Shown here: one piece after another, positions 17,988 through 27,731 of the stretch
Layout of the letters: every line of letters begins with the position of its first letter
Numbering within the stretch: position 1 is the stretch's first letter
IMG/VR virus record: IMGVR_UViG_3300045988_139374
Span: 192,001 to 256,000 of that record
Source of the DNA: a virus
Length of the DNA: 64,000 bases
Strand: one strand, 5' to 3'
Notes under the pieces: generated by a model
Told to the model about the DNA's origin: nothing
Databases searched by the model: none
The model's input: only the letters and a program-made list of their open reading frames with translations
Program-made: the position numbers and the translations under genes

Positions 17988-20444
17988 ATGGGACTTAATA
18001 TGAACTATCATTTTTTCCTTGAAGGATATCAGTCTCATTGCCATATTCCTGATTATATTAGGGCTAATAATTCTCAGATTCCAGTAGATGAATCCATTCT
18101 GAAGGCTACACTAGAATTTGCTAATACTTGTAGAAATTCTGTTTCCACTATTACTTCTGTTTCTGAAGCAGATGCTGGTACTGTTCAATTTGAGCAAATT
18201 TATTCTTCTCTATCCACTGCTATTAGATCTGTAGATTCTGTAAAAGCTACTATGCTTAAGACAATAGAAGATGCAAGAATGAATGTAGATAGATCTAGAG
18301 ATCATAAAAACGATCAAATTGAATCTCAATATAATATTGCAGAGAGAGTAAAGTATCTAGATAAAGCTATTCATTTTGCTAGCACATCTAATCCTGATGA
18401 TCTAATGTATAATTCTACTGCTAAGCTTTCTGCAGATATTACAGTTAAAGATCAATCATTCCCCAATCTGAATGCTATTAAAGATATTCTTCATGGAAAG
18501 TCGATTGCTATTCCTGATAATATCACTGCTTCTTCTGATTATACTACTGGTATGATCATGGATAAAGATTCTGTTCTTTATACTCTGCTTGGTAAGTATT
18601 ATTCTCCTGTAGAATCTGCTAGTATTATGCAATTTGCAGTGAACTTCACTAATGATTTTATGGATAATACTAAAATAGATCATAAGATTGAAGTACAGGA
18701 TTATCTAACCGCATTCTCTAATATCAATGCAGTAGATGATATGATCAAGTATCTAGATAATCTTAAAGCAACTACAGAGTCTGCTTTTAATGATTGTCTA
18801 AAAACTATGTATGATTACTGTGATCATCTTAAGGGAGAAGCTTCTACTAATTATAAAGAAAATTATGGTACTGTAATTAGTGCATTGATTAACAATGTAC
18901 AGAATATTATCTGTGCTGCTAATATTGTCACTACTAGAAAAGTAAATATTATTTCTAATCTATATGGTGCAAATGGAGATAGTTGGAAGACTATTGAATT
19001 TGCCCATTCTCTGATTGGTAAATACTATGATAAGATCATTACTCCTAATGTAATGGCACAAGATGCTGGAAAAGATATTCCTAATAATGCTATTGTATTC
19101 AATGGAGCAGATCAAGTTCAAGAATTTTATAATATTCAGAGCCAGTCTAATATTCTAGATATGCTTATTGAGAATGCTTATAATGAATATATGTATGACG
19201 ATGCTCTAGAAAAGGTTTTGCAAGAAGCTACTGCTTTGCATGAAAATGATAATAACGGTGGAAATGCTACTCCTGCAAATGGTGGACAATCTGTAGGCTC
19301 TGGTGGTGATCAAGGATCTACTGGACAAGCTGGTCAGCAAGCTGCTCCTGCACAACAGCAAAATGCTAATAATGGCCAGCAACAGCAACAATCCGGAACT
19401 CAGAATTCTGCCAATAATACAAATGATAAGACTAAGAAGAATAAGTTTGGTATTCTTAATTGGCTGAAGCAAATGATGGGCAGACTCGGTGAAGCTATCA
19501 ACAAGTTTAAACTTCGTGTTGAGGAAATGATTACTAAAGGCCCTGATAAAAAGTTCTGGGCTGATAATAAAGATAAGATTAGAAATATTGATATTTCTGG
19601 TACTGAAGTTAATCAGTGGTATCAATATAAGTTTGATATCTTTAAGAATTCTACTTATATCAAATTCAATCCTACTGATAATACTCTTAAGTCTGATACT
19701 GATCTACAAGATGCTATTCTTTCTAAGATTAATGGCGGTACAAAACCCAATATTAATACTGATGAAAAGGATACATTTGCTACCAAGATCAATAAAGTAT
19801 ATCAGGGTGAATATATTAATATTGAAAATGGTAATGGCAAGACTCTAGGAGATATTCAATACAATAAGGATGCTGCATTTACCTTTGTTGATCAATTTAT
19901 CAATAAAGGATTTAATAGTGAATCTCTAGGCTCTATTACTGAAGATTATCGTAAGATTGATGAAGACTATAAAGATGCTGCTAAGAGATATGATGAATAT
20001 GCTAATCAGTTTAAGCAGACTCAATCTCAGAATCAAGCATCTAATAATTCTGGTGAACCTAAATCTAATGGTAACACTTCTGGAAACTCTGGCAATCAAA
20101 GTGGTAATACACAACAGCAGCAAGCAAATGCTGAATCTGCATTCTCTGATTTTTCCTCTGGATTTAATCTGGCTGAATGCCTTGGATTGATGAACTGTGG
20201 AAACGCTATTAATGAAGCAGATATTAAGCCTGATCAATCTACTGCACAATCTGCAGATCAAGCTAACGGTACTATTGATAATGCTGAGCTTGATAAGATG
20301 ATTCATCGTTGCTTCTCTATGAATATTTCTGCTATTACTGCTAAACTTACTAATGCTATGGCAGCATATAAACAGAATATGCAACTCTTTAAAGCAGTTA
20401 CTAAAGCATCTGCTGTAAAGAATAAGGATAATAATAAAAAGTAA
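17988..20444 (+). CDS. hypothetical protein (818 aa) with two Q/N/G/S-rich low-complexity linkers
   Basis: AAAGGAG SD. Low-complexity stretches NGGNATPANGGQSVGSGGDQGSTGQAGQQAAPAQQQNANNGQQQQQSG and SQNQASNNSGEPKSNGNTSGNSGNQSGNTQQQQ. Confidence 0.9.
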   Translation: MGLNMNYHFFLEGYQSHCHIPDYIRANNSQIPVDESILKATLEFANTCRNSVSTITSVSEADAGTVQFEQIYSSLSTAIRSVDSVKATMLKTIEDARMNVDRSRDHKNDQIESQYNIAERVKYLDKAIHFASTSNPDDLMYNSTAKLSADITVKDQSFPNLNAIKDILHGKSIAIPDNITASSDYTTGMIMDKDSVLYTLLGKYYSPVESASIMQFAVNFTNDFMDNTKIDHKIEVQDYLTAFSNINAVDDMIKYLDNLKATTESAFNDCLKTMYDYCDHLKGEASTNYKENYGTVISALINNVQNIICAANIVTTRKVNIISNLYGANGDSWKTIEFAHSLIGKYYDKIITPNVMAQDAGKDIPNNAIVFNGADQVQEFYNIQSQSNILDMLIENAYNEYMYDDALEKVLQEATALHENDNNGGNATPANGGQSVGSGGDQGSTGQAGQQAAPAQQQNANNGQQQQQSGTQNSANNTNDKTKKNKFGILNWLKQMMGRLGEAINKFKLRVEEMITKGPDKKFWADNKDKIRNIDISGTEVNQWYQYKFDIFKNSTYIKFNPTDNTLKSDTDLQDAILSKINGGTKPNINTDEKDTFATKINKVYQGEYINIENGNGKTLGDIQYNKDAAFTFVDQFINKGFNSESLGSITEDYRKIDEDYKDAAKRYDEYANQFKQTQSQNQASNNSGEPKSNGNTSGNSGNQSGNTQQQQANAESAFSDFSSGFNLAECLGLMNCGNAINEADIKPDQSTAQSADQANGTIDNAELDKMIHRCFSMNISAITAKLTNAMAAYKQNMQLFKAVTKASAVKNKDNNKK

Positions 20445-20453
20445 AAAAAAATA

Positions 20454-20486
20454 AAGAGGAGTAGAGAATCAAACTCTACTCCTCTT
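20454..20486. terminator. bidirectional intrinsic terminator
   Basis: 13-bp stem AAGAGGAGTAGAG/CTCTACTCCTCTT between convergent genes. Confidence 0.75.
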
Positions 20487-20512
20487 ATTACATTATTATA
20501 ATGCAGATTCAA

Positions 20513-20788
20513 TTAGATTGGAGCAAGTGAATTTTTAGCAATAGCCGCTTTAAGTTTGGTATTGAATTCTTTATCTGCTTTACATAGTCGGTCAAAGATA
20601 TTTGGTTTCGATTTCTTCGGAACCTCAATAACTTTCTTATCAAGTGTTGGGAATAGATTTGCTACATTTTCAGGAACTCCAGCAGGGATTGTTTTCATAG
20701 TAACAATGTTTGTAGATCCATCATCATTATGTACAATGAATTCATTTTCCTTGTAAAAATCAAAAGCTTTGTAAGTATTGTTAGACAT
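20513..20788 (-). CDS. hypothetical protein (91 aa)
   Basis: ATG preceded by a weak AAAGGA. Convergent with 17988-20444 across the terminator at 20454-20486. Confidence 0.6.
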   Translation of the reverse strand: MSNNTYKAFDFYKENEFIVHNDDGSTNIVTMKTIPAGVPENVANLFPTLDKKVIEVPKKSKPNIFDRLCKADKEFNTKLKAAIAKNSLAPI

Positions 20789-20904
20789 AATGTCATCCTT
20801 TCTTCTATCATACGATAGAGCTAAAATTGTTAATAAATATTGAAACTTTGGTACCTCTAATACTATTATTTCATATTTATAATATCTAATTGAATCTGCA
20901 TTTT

Positions 20905-20950
20905 ATTAAAAATAATCCGGGTAGAGGTTAATCCTCTACCCGGTTTTTAT
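20905..20950. terminator. bidirectional intrinsic terminator (serves minus-strand gene 20951-24610)
   Basis: 11-bp stem CCGGGTAGAGG/CCTCTACCCGG (20917-20943), flanked by A-rich and T-rich runs. Confidence 0.75.
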
Positions 20951-23900
20951 TTATTGAATATTATACCTATCTAATGGTAATGTAGGAATAATTTTTCTAC
21001 ACATGTTATCGATCTTCTTAGAACTATAAACTCCAATACCACCGATAAACATACTGAACAATCTATCATCAATGCTTTTATCAAGATCTCCAGGACTTAC
21101 TAAACTGGCATCTTTAGTAACTCTAAGTTTCAAATTAGCAATTGCTAGGATAGTATAGACGAATTGGCTACACACCATCTCAGTTTTGTTCTTAAATTCA
21201 TTTCCAAAGTCAGAAGCTTTCTTAAAGAAAATATTAATGATAGTCTTCATAGAATATTTGGTATCATCTTGATGCTTAATATACCAATCTACAGCATCTC
21301 TCATCATATCTCTCTGAGCTGCAGTGACAAACAATGCATGAACTTTGAATTTAATACTAGGATCAATTTTCCAATACTTCTCAATGGATTCAATAGTGAA
21401 TCCTGCAGACTTACCATCTGCAAAGACATTATTATTTGCATTGAAAGTATACATTTGTTTCATAGAAGAATCAAAGCTCATTGCTGCATGAGACCATTCT
21501 GTATGAGTATACCATTCAATTGCTCTACTATGTAATGCTTTACCACTGAATAGGCAAATATACACAGGAACAATTTTATCCTTTAATTCTTCATAAGTAG
21601 CTTTATTAAAAGAATGGATACTTTTGATATAATCTTCAGCATCAACTTCTCTAAAGATATGCATTGTATGCTTACTATTTCTAACTCTTTCCAATGCTTC
21701 TTCATTAAATGGTATTTCAGGATTCCAACCAAGTATAGAGATTTCACTCTTGATTGCATTTTTTTGTTCAGAGTCACTAGTATTCTTCATTCTTACACAA
21801 AGTTCACTAATAACTCTTTTCCAAGAAGTTTCATCTACTACTTCTTCATGAGAAACATTTACATCAGAACTAAAATAATCAATTTTATCAGTAGGAGAAT
21901 AATATTGATCAATAGGAGCAATAACCATATTAGAATTATCACTAGTATATCCATCTTGATTATTCATATATTTGGATAATAGTCTTGAATACATAGTATC
22001 ATTATCATATCCAAAGATATTATATGCAGTTCTGTTAGATAGAGTTCTCTTATCCTGATTAAGAGCAAGGTATTGATTATACTTTGTTTTCAATCTATCA
22101 ATATCTTCTTTACCTTTATTAGAAACAATATTATCTGGATAGATAAGTACTAGTCCATAATTCTTTTCTGCTTCCTCTGCTTGTTTAATTTTTGCTACAT
22201 AAGTTGTAGCATCATCAGAAAAGACAGTATCATGGCTACTAGAAGTAGAAGCTTCATGAAGAGTATTTAGATTTGCTAGATTAGAAACCTGTTCTTCTAG
22301 TCTAGTAATAGGATCACCAAGAATAAAGGATCTTACCCCTTCACAGATATCTTGAATCTGTTCATCAAAACTCTGTACCTGCTCAAACCTAGTATCATAT
22401 TTAATTTGATCATCGGATAGAAGTTTAGAACCTTCTGTAAGCCTTCTATAGATATAGTCTCTAGAAACTTCTCCTGCAAAGAAAATCTTTCCATAAGCTT
22501 CACACATTGCTAGCTCGTCATATAGCTCTTTTGCTGTTTGCTTATCTTTGATCTTAAACGTGGTATATTTTTTAGAGATTTTAGATTTATCAGTTTTAAA
22601 GACTTTATAGAATCCATGTTCCTCAGGATCTACAGAGTACATTGTATATTGTACAGGATCTTTAGTAATAGAATAATTAAATACATTATTTTGCATATGC
22701 TGGATAATATAATAATTATCTTTATCACATTCATAAGGAATAGGATTCGGAGTTAGAGGAATAGCAGATCCAATAGCACCAGACATAGACTCTGTAATCT
22801 TGCTATTAGTAATAAAAGGCTTAATCATTTTTTCATCTTCAGGAAGGCAAGCATTTACATAATCATTTAGATTCATACCATTCTTAATTTTAGAGCTATT
22901 TACAGAGCCAACATATAGATTTTTATAATTACCCCAAATCCATGCATTTGCAATAGCAATTTTAAGATCGAAAATACTATTATAAGGACCATGAATTCCA
23001 GTTTGTCCATACCAAGCATTTTCAATCCAATAATATTTTCCATTCTGCTTATAATAAGCAGCAGTATGAGTTTTTCCTCCAGGAGAATTTAGATTATTAT
23101 ATTCAATTACAAATAATCTTCCATTAGAAATATCTTTAGTAGACAATTTACTATGAATATAATTTGCTTGATCGTGACAATCTCCATATCCATATTCTTC
23201 TACCTCTTCAGGAGATAGAAGAATTCCAGTAGATTTATATCTAATATTTGTATTCATCCAACTATAAAGCTCTTTAGGATAATTACTATTAGATACAAAT
23301 TCTAGCAAAGTAGATTCATTTACTTTAACAGGATTTGCTTCTAGGGTCATATAGTACAAATCATCGTCTTCATAATAGACTTTAAATCCATATTCATCAT
23401 AAATCATTTTAGCAAGTTTATTATTCTTATCCACAGAGAGATACTTGCAGTTCATAGTTTTAGTAGCGAAATCAAGAATCTGCTTACTCAAACCATGACC
23501 CTTATAATCTTTCATAATATCTAAACTTACAATCCATTTAGTACCATCATCTAGATATTCGCAAGATCCTACTTGAGCTACTAGATTCTCTTTATCAAAC
23601 CACATGTAGCCGTCACATTTATAAGTATCAGTATCTTTACATCTAACATGGCGTAGATCAGGATACTGCTTTTTATACTTTTCAATGATAGTTTCAGTAA
23701 TATGAACCCTCTTTAGAGAAGATAACTCAATTCTATCCTTAGGTTTAAAATTTCTATCTACGGTACTAGCAGTTTCTAGAAGCATACTTTCATTAACTTT
23801 AATAACAGGATCCTTATATCTATGAGCCATGTTATACTTTAGTACTGCCATGATGCTCAATACCTGACTAAAGTCATTATTAACTACTCTTACATAGCTA

Positions 23901-24610
23901 AATTCATTAAGCTGCCTAATAGCTTCTTCCTTTGCTCTAAGCTTCAGCTCATCTTCTCCAGTACGATGAGGATGATTATTTGGATTACTTCCACCATCTT
24001 TAATCTCAATAATAAGATTATAAGGAATATAATAGAAATCAGGAATATAAAGATGAGTCTTTCCTTCATATTGATATTTAATACTAGGAGCAGGAGCTAG
24101 AATATCTTCAGATTCACAATGCATTACTTGATCCATAAACTGAAGAAACTTTCTCTCATAGCTGCCAAAATACTCAATTTTTCCACCATCGGCGAAAGTA
24201 TATTCTCCATGCATTTTACGTCCAGCTAGTGCTTTTCTCTGGACATATTCTGCATACTCAGGATCAGTCTGAAGACGTTCAGTACCATATTTCTTTTTTG
24301 TTCTTTCTGCAACCATCTTCTTATATGCTTCATGACATTTAGGATCATTACAGAGTCTTTCGTATCTTCCTTTATCTTCATTCCAATCAGTAACATTGCC
24401 GCACATGATGCAATGTCCTTCAGTTTTATTATTAATAGTATTAAAAGCAACTCTAAGCGCAGTATATCCTTCAGGAATTAAATCTTCATGTTTTTCTTGA
24501 ATATGAATATGAAGCTTTGCTCTTGTGAATCGTCCTTCACAATAAGGACACTTATATTTTTTCTGGTAAGTGCTCTTAGTAGCATTGGAAACCATAGCTT
24601 CTGATTGCAT
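20951..24610 (-). CDS. polyvalent multi-domain protein (1219 aa): Zn-finger + PD-(D/E)xK nuclease, GNAT acetyltransferase, transglutaminase-like Cys peptidase, C-terminal permuted NlpC/P60-like domain
   Basis: Motifs by eye:
- CPYCEGRF..HIHIQEKH and CIMCG..CNDPKCH (Zn)
- YIPDFYY..LIIEIKDG (PD..ExK)
- DYKGHGLSKQILDF (GNAT motif A)
- GYGDCHDQANY..HTAAYY (Cys-His)
- WSHAAMSF..CSQFVYTILA (His before Cys)
AAGGAGG SD. AACA-N6-TA 35 nt upstream. Confidence 0.85.
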   Translation of the reverse strand: MQSEAMVSNATKSTYQKKYKCPYCEGRFTRAKLHIHIQEKHEDLIPEGYTALRVAFNTINNKTEGHCIMCGNVTDWNEDKGRYERLCNDPKCHEAYKKMVAERTKKKYGTERLQTDPEYAEYVQRKALAGRKMHGEYTFADGGKIEYFGSYERKFLQFMDQVMHCESEDILAPAPSIKYQYEGKTHLYIPDFYYIPYNLIIEIKDGGSNPNNHPHRTGEDELKLRAKEEAIRQLNEFSYVRVVNNDFSQVLSIMAVLKYNMAHRYKDPVIKVNESMLLETASTVDRNFKPKDRIELSSLKRVHITETIIEKYKKQYPDLRHVRCKDTDTYKCDGYMWFDKENLVAQVGSCEYLDDGTKWIVSLDIMKDYKGHGLSKQILDFATKTMNCKYLSVDKNNKLAKMIYDEYGFKVYYEDDDLYYMTLEANPVKVNESTLLEFVSNSNYPKELYSWMNTNIRYKSTGILLSPEEVEEYGYGDCHDQANYIHSKLSTKDISNGRLFVIEYNNLNSPGGKTHTAAYYKQNGKYYWIENAWYGQTGIHGPYNSIFDLKIAIANAWIWGNYKNLYVGSVNSSKIKNGMNLNDYVNACLPEDEKMIKPFITNSKITESMSGAIGSAIPLTPNPIPYECDKDNYYIIQHMQNNVFNYSITKDPVQYTMYSVDPEEHGFYKVFKTDKSKISKKYTTFKIKDKQTAKELYDELAMCEAYGKIFFAGEVSRDYIYRRLTEGSKLLSDDQIKYDTRFEQVQSFDEQIQDICEGVRSFILGDPITRLEEQVSNLANLNTLHEASTSSSHDTVFSDDATTYVAKIKQAEEAEKNYGLVLIYPDNIVSNKGKEDIDRLKTKYNQYLALNQDKRTLSNRTAYNIFGYDNDTMYSRLLSKYMNNQDGYTSDNSNMVIAPIDQYYSPTDKIDYFSSDVNVSHEEVVDETSWKRVISELCVRMKNTSDSEQKNAIKSEISILGWNPEIPFNEEALERVRNSKHTMHIFREVDAEDYIKSIHSFNKATYEELKDKIVPVYICLFSGKALHSRAIEWYTHTEWSHAAMSFDSSMKQMYTFNANNNVFADGKSAGFTIESIEKYWKIDPSIKFKVHALFVTAAQRDMMRDAVDWYIKHQDDTKYSMKTIINIFFKKASDFGNEFKNKTEMVCSQFVYTILAIANLKLRVTKDASLVSPGDLDKSIDDRLFSMFIGGIGVYSSKKIDNMCRKIIPTLPLDRYNIQ

Positions 24611-24644
24611 ATTTATTCCTCCTTAAATGATATAATCAGTGAAT

Positions 24645-24656
24645 TATTGTGATGTT
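24645..24656 (-). promoter_or_regulatory. AACA-N6-TA motif (late promoter candidate)
   Basis: Minus strand reads AACA TCACAA TA. Lies 35 nt upstream of ATG 24610. Confidence 0.55.
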
Positions 24657-24738
24657 TTAGAGGTCCTATTTTCACTGACTTACTATTAATATTTGATATT
24701 TAATACAATTATATAATTAGGTAAAGGTGGTAATTCAT

Positions 24739-25113
24739 ATGGTAGAACATTTGCTAACTACAAATGAGTATCTTGAACCTAAAACTCTAAAAGGAGCAGA
24801 TGCTTATGGAACATTGCTTTTTCGTCTATTAATTTTACAACCTGGAGAGAATCCATTACATCCTAGAATGGGTGTTGGATTAGGTCCAAAATATAGATTT
24901 ATTTCTGAAGACGATCTTGAAATGCTAAGATCTAGAATTCAAAATCAAATTGAGACTTATCTTCCTGGTGAATTTCTAACATTGGATGTAAATCTGAACC
25001 TAAAAGAGAATAGTAAGTATTTGCAAATAATTATTATCACTGATGAAACAAAATTTGTATATGATACAGAGAGTAGTTCTACTCCTATAGAGTTGAGTGA
25101 TCTTGTATCATAA
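24739..25113 (+). CDS. baseplate wedge protein, T4 gp25 / GPW-like (124 aa)
   Basis: ATG 24739 follows AAAGGTGG. The pattern LQPGENPLHPRMGVGL..LRSRIQNQIETYLPGE..YLQIIIIT matches the gp25/GPW family layout (by eye). The ORF-track GTG start at 24727 is less likely. Confidence 0.75.
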   Translation: MVEHLLTTNEYLEPKTLKGADAYGTLLFRLLILQPGENPLHPRMGVGLGPKYRFISEDDLEMLRSRIQNQIETYLPGEFLTLDVNLNLKENSKYLQIIIITDETKFVYDTESSSTPIELSDLVS

Positions 25114-25146
25114 CATTGAAATCTTTTAAAGAAGGAGAATCAACAA

Positions 25147-27093
25147 ATGAACGTAAACGATCTAAATCGTACAGATACTCAAAGAGTGGTAATTTCTCAG
25201 CCTGGTGTATCTAATAATAATGCTACACAAAATATTAGTATTTCTGCTGTTAAGCCTGAAAACGCTCCTATTTCCATTAATGCAACCAATGGAGCTTCTG
25301 GAATTGAAGAAGATACTAATGGAAATCGACCCGTGATTAGAATTAATCCTAATCGTAGAAAGGGTCATCGCTCTGTTGGTGCTAATGAGACTATTGAGAC
25401 TGTGAATCCTGATGATTATATCCAGACTCAGACTAAGAAGGTAGATCCTAAGTTCTTCCAGGATAAGTATATGACTGAGCTAGATGCTGCAGTTGCTCGT
25501 AAGCAGCAGGAATATGTAGATGCTGTTGAAAGTATGAGCGCTCAAGATGCTGCTAATAGAGAAAAGGTTGAAGCAGGCCTAGAAGATGTCGGTGGCGAAA
25601 TTCAGTATATGCCCGATCCTCTGCACCATCCTATGAGTGAAGATGAAAAGGTTAAGACTACTGCTCCTATTAATCCTAATCGTGGCATTGTTACTGAAGA
25701 TCTAGAAGATGAAGTTCTAGATAATGATGATGAGGAAGAAGAGATTTCTTCTCCTGTGAGAATTCAGGGTAGTGACTATCAGCCTATTAATGATCCTTTC
25801 AATACTCCTGCACATCAGGCAGAGCCTACTTATGGTTCTGGACCTGAGTCTGATGAGGTAGATGAAGATATCGTTGATGATGAGCCTGTAGAAGAGGAAG
25901 AGATTATTCCTGAGGCTCATCCTTCTAAGGTTGAGGATCTTGACACTAAAGTTATTAGTGTTACTTCTGATGATCTAGAAGATATTGATGATTCTGACTT
26001 TGATGAAGAAGATGATGAAGATACAACTTACGATGATGATGAGGAGCAACAGAAGCTGTCTGAAGCTGCTGCTAATAATCTTCGTAATGATATTATTACT
26101 AAGATTATTAATGCTGGCCGTAAGATGAATACTTCTCAGCTAGTTGTTTCTAATAAGGTCATTAATATTAAGGACGCTATGAAGAATATGAAGACTACTA
26201 CTGCTAAGACTGCAGTATGGCCTCTAATGTTTGCAAATCGTCCTTATATTGCATCTGCTCTTAAGGGTGCTGAGCTTGCTATGCTTAATGAGGATAGTAA
26301 TAATAATGGTATTATGACTGTGCCTCAGATGCAGATTCTCTTTGAGCACGATGTTAATCCAAATCGTCCTTCTACTGTTGAAGCTTGGGCTAAGACTATC
26401 CCTTATGCAGATTTGGACAATGTCTTTGCTGCACTATTTATGGCATCTCTTGACGGAGCTAATTTTATGCCTTGCAATTGCTCCAATGATAAGTGTCTGA
26501 ATTCTTGGCTGTCTGATGATGTACCTATGGAGAAGCTCATGCACTTTACAGATGATGATACTAAGAAGAAGTTTGAAAAGATTAAGAAAATGGAACTAAC
26601 TCCTGAAAACTCTGGAGCATATGAGTCCGTGGTTACTGTTATTAATAATAATCTAGCCGTTGGCGTTAAGATTCCTTCTCTGTATACAATTATGTATGAA
26701 ATTGGAGCTCTTGATGATGCATTCGTAAATAAGTATGAATCTATCATCAATATTACTCGCTTCATTGATCGTCTATATATGATTGATGAAAATGGTAATA
26801 TGTATCCCATTGGATGGAAAAAGTATCCTGGCGATCATGCTAAGTCTTTCAAGTCTAAGATTATCACTTATGCTAAGATTCTTAAGAATCTAGATCCTGT
26901 TGAATTTGGCGTCGTATCTACTCTGATTATTACTATGATGAATAATATGCATGCCAATATTACTTATAGTATTCCTAAGTATACTTGTCCTAAGTGTGGC
27001 CATAGTAGCAACGAGGTTGAAGTGAGTCCTCGTAACCTACTTTTTTTGCGCCAGCAGTTGGTCCGTATAGCAACTTCTCTTGGAACAAAATAA
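25147..27093 (+). CDS. hypothetical protein (648 aa): acidic N-terminal half, C-terminal Cys clusters (zinc-ribbon-like)
   Basis: GAAGGAGA SD. D/E-rich segment at aa ~185-300. CNCSNDKC and CPKCGHSS motifs. The T7 run at 27041-27047 lies 15 codons before the stop. Confidence 0.9.
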   Translation: MNVNDLNRTDTQRVVISQPGVSNNNATQNISISAVKPENAPISINATNGASGIEEDTNGNRPVIRINPNRRKGHRSVGANETIETVNPDDYIQTQTKKVDPKFFQDKYMTELDAAVARKQQEYVDAVESMSAQDAANREKVEAGLEDVGGEIQYMPDPLHHPMSEDEKVKTTAPINPNRGIVTEDLEDEVLDNDDEEEEISSPVRIQGSDYQPINDPFNTPAHQAEPTYGSGPESDEVDEDIVDDEPVEEEEIIPEAHPSKVEDLDTKVISVTSDDLEDIDDSDFDEEDDEDTTYDDDEEQQKLSEAAANNLRNDIITKIINAGRKMNTSQLVVSNKVINIKDAMKNMKTTTAKTAVWPLMFANRPYIASALKGAELAMLNEDSNNNGIMTVPQMQILFEHDVNPNRPSTVEAWAKTIPYADLDNVFAALFMASLDGANFMPCNCSNDKCLNSWLSDDVPMEKLMHFTDDDTKKKFEKIKKMELTPENSGAYESVVTVINNNLAVGVKIPSLYTIMYEIGALDDAFVNKYESIINITRFIDRLYMIDENGNMYPIGWKKYPGDHAKSFKSKIITYAKILKNLDPVEFGVVSTLIITMMNNMHANITYSIPKYTCPKCGHSSNEVEVSPRNLLFLRQQLVRIATSLGTK

Positions 27094-27272
27094 TTCTAGC
27101 ACGACATTTTAAAGGTGCTACATCTATATCAGAACTGAATGATCTTCCTGTATATGAACTTCAAATGCTTAATTATATTTGTAATAAAGAAAGAGAAGAG
27201 GAAGCTAAACTTTCTGATAAAGAAAAAGGAGCTAGACAATTTGGTAGAATGATAGAAGACAATCTATCTTAA
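27036..27272 (+). other. -1 frame extension ORF with no start codon, reachable from 25147-27093 by slippage on the T7 run
   Basis: The -1 frame is open from 27036 to the TAA at 27270-27272. Protein-like sequence ..ELNDLPVYELQMLNYICNKEREEEAKLSDKEKGARQFGRMIEDNLS. No SD or start. It fills an otherwise empty 193-nt gap. Confidence 0.45.
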
Positions 27273-27286
27273 AGGAGTAGCTTCTA

Positions 27287-27610
27287 ATGAATATGCCTGA
27301 TTTCATTGGACAGACATATCAAGCATCTGTTTATCCTATAGATGATATACTTAGATTCTTTGACCATTCTATGGCTATATATGACATCATTAAGAGCTAT
27401 AATGTGACTGGTGTGTATGGTATCACAGATAACAACCATTATTCTCTTCAAATGCAAATTATGGCTGCTAATCCTGCCGATTTAGATAGTATGGTAAACT
27501 ATATTAATTGTACTATTCATAATCGTAAGGATATGTATGGCAAAACATTTCAAGTAAATGCTCAATCTATAGGAACCTGTGCTAGTCTGTCTGTACAAGA
27601 GTGTCGCTAA
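27287..27610 (+). CDS. hypothetical protein (107 aa)
   Basis: AAAGGAG SD. Terminator at 27641-27680. Confidence 0.8.
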   Translation: MNMPDFIGQTYQASVYPIDDILRFFDHSMAIYDIIKSYNVTGVYGITDNNHYSLQMQIMAANPADLDSMVNYINCTIHNRKDMYGKTFQVNAQSIGTCASLSVQECR

Positions 27611-27640
27611 ACTTCCAATTGCTTAGATATTATAAAAATG

Positions 27641-27680
27641 AGACCAATAGGAGAAATCCTATTGGTCTTTTATTGTTTTA
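27641..27680 (+). terminator. intrinsic terminator
   Basis: 12-bp stem AGACCAATAGGA/TCCTATTGGTCT followed by a T-run. Near-identical to the stem at 32332. Confidence 0.85.
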
Positions 27681-27690
27681 TTACAATAAA

Positions 27691-27702
27691 AACTGTACAA
27701 TA
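27691..27702 (+). promoter_or_regulatory. AACT-N6-TA variant motif
   Basis: AACT GTACAA TA. Lies 30 nt upstream of ATG 27732. Confidence 0.35.
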
Positions 27703-27731
27703 ACAAGTATAAAGAAAAGGAGTAGCAAAAT

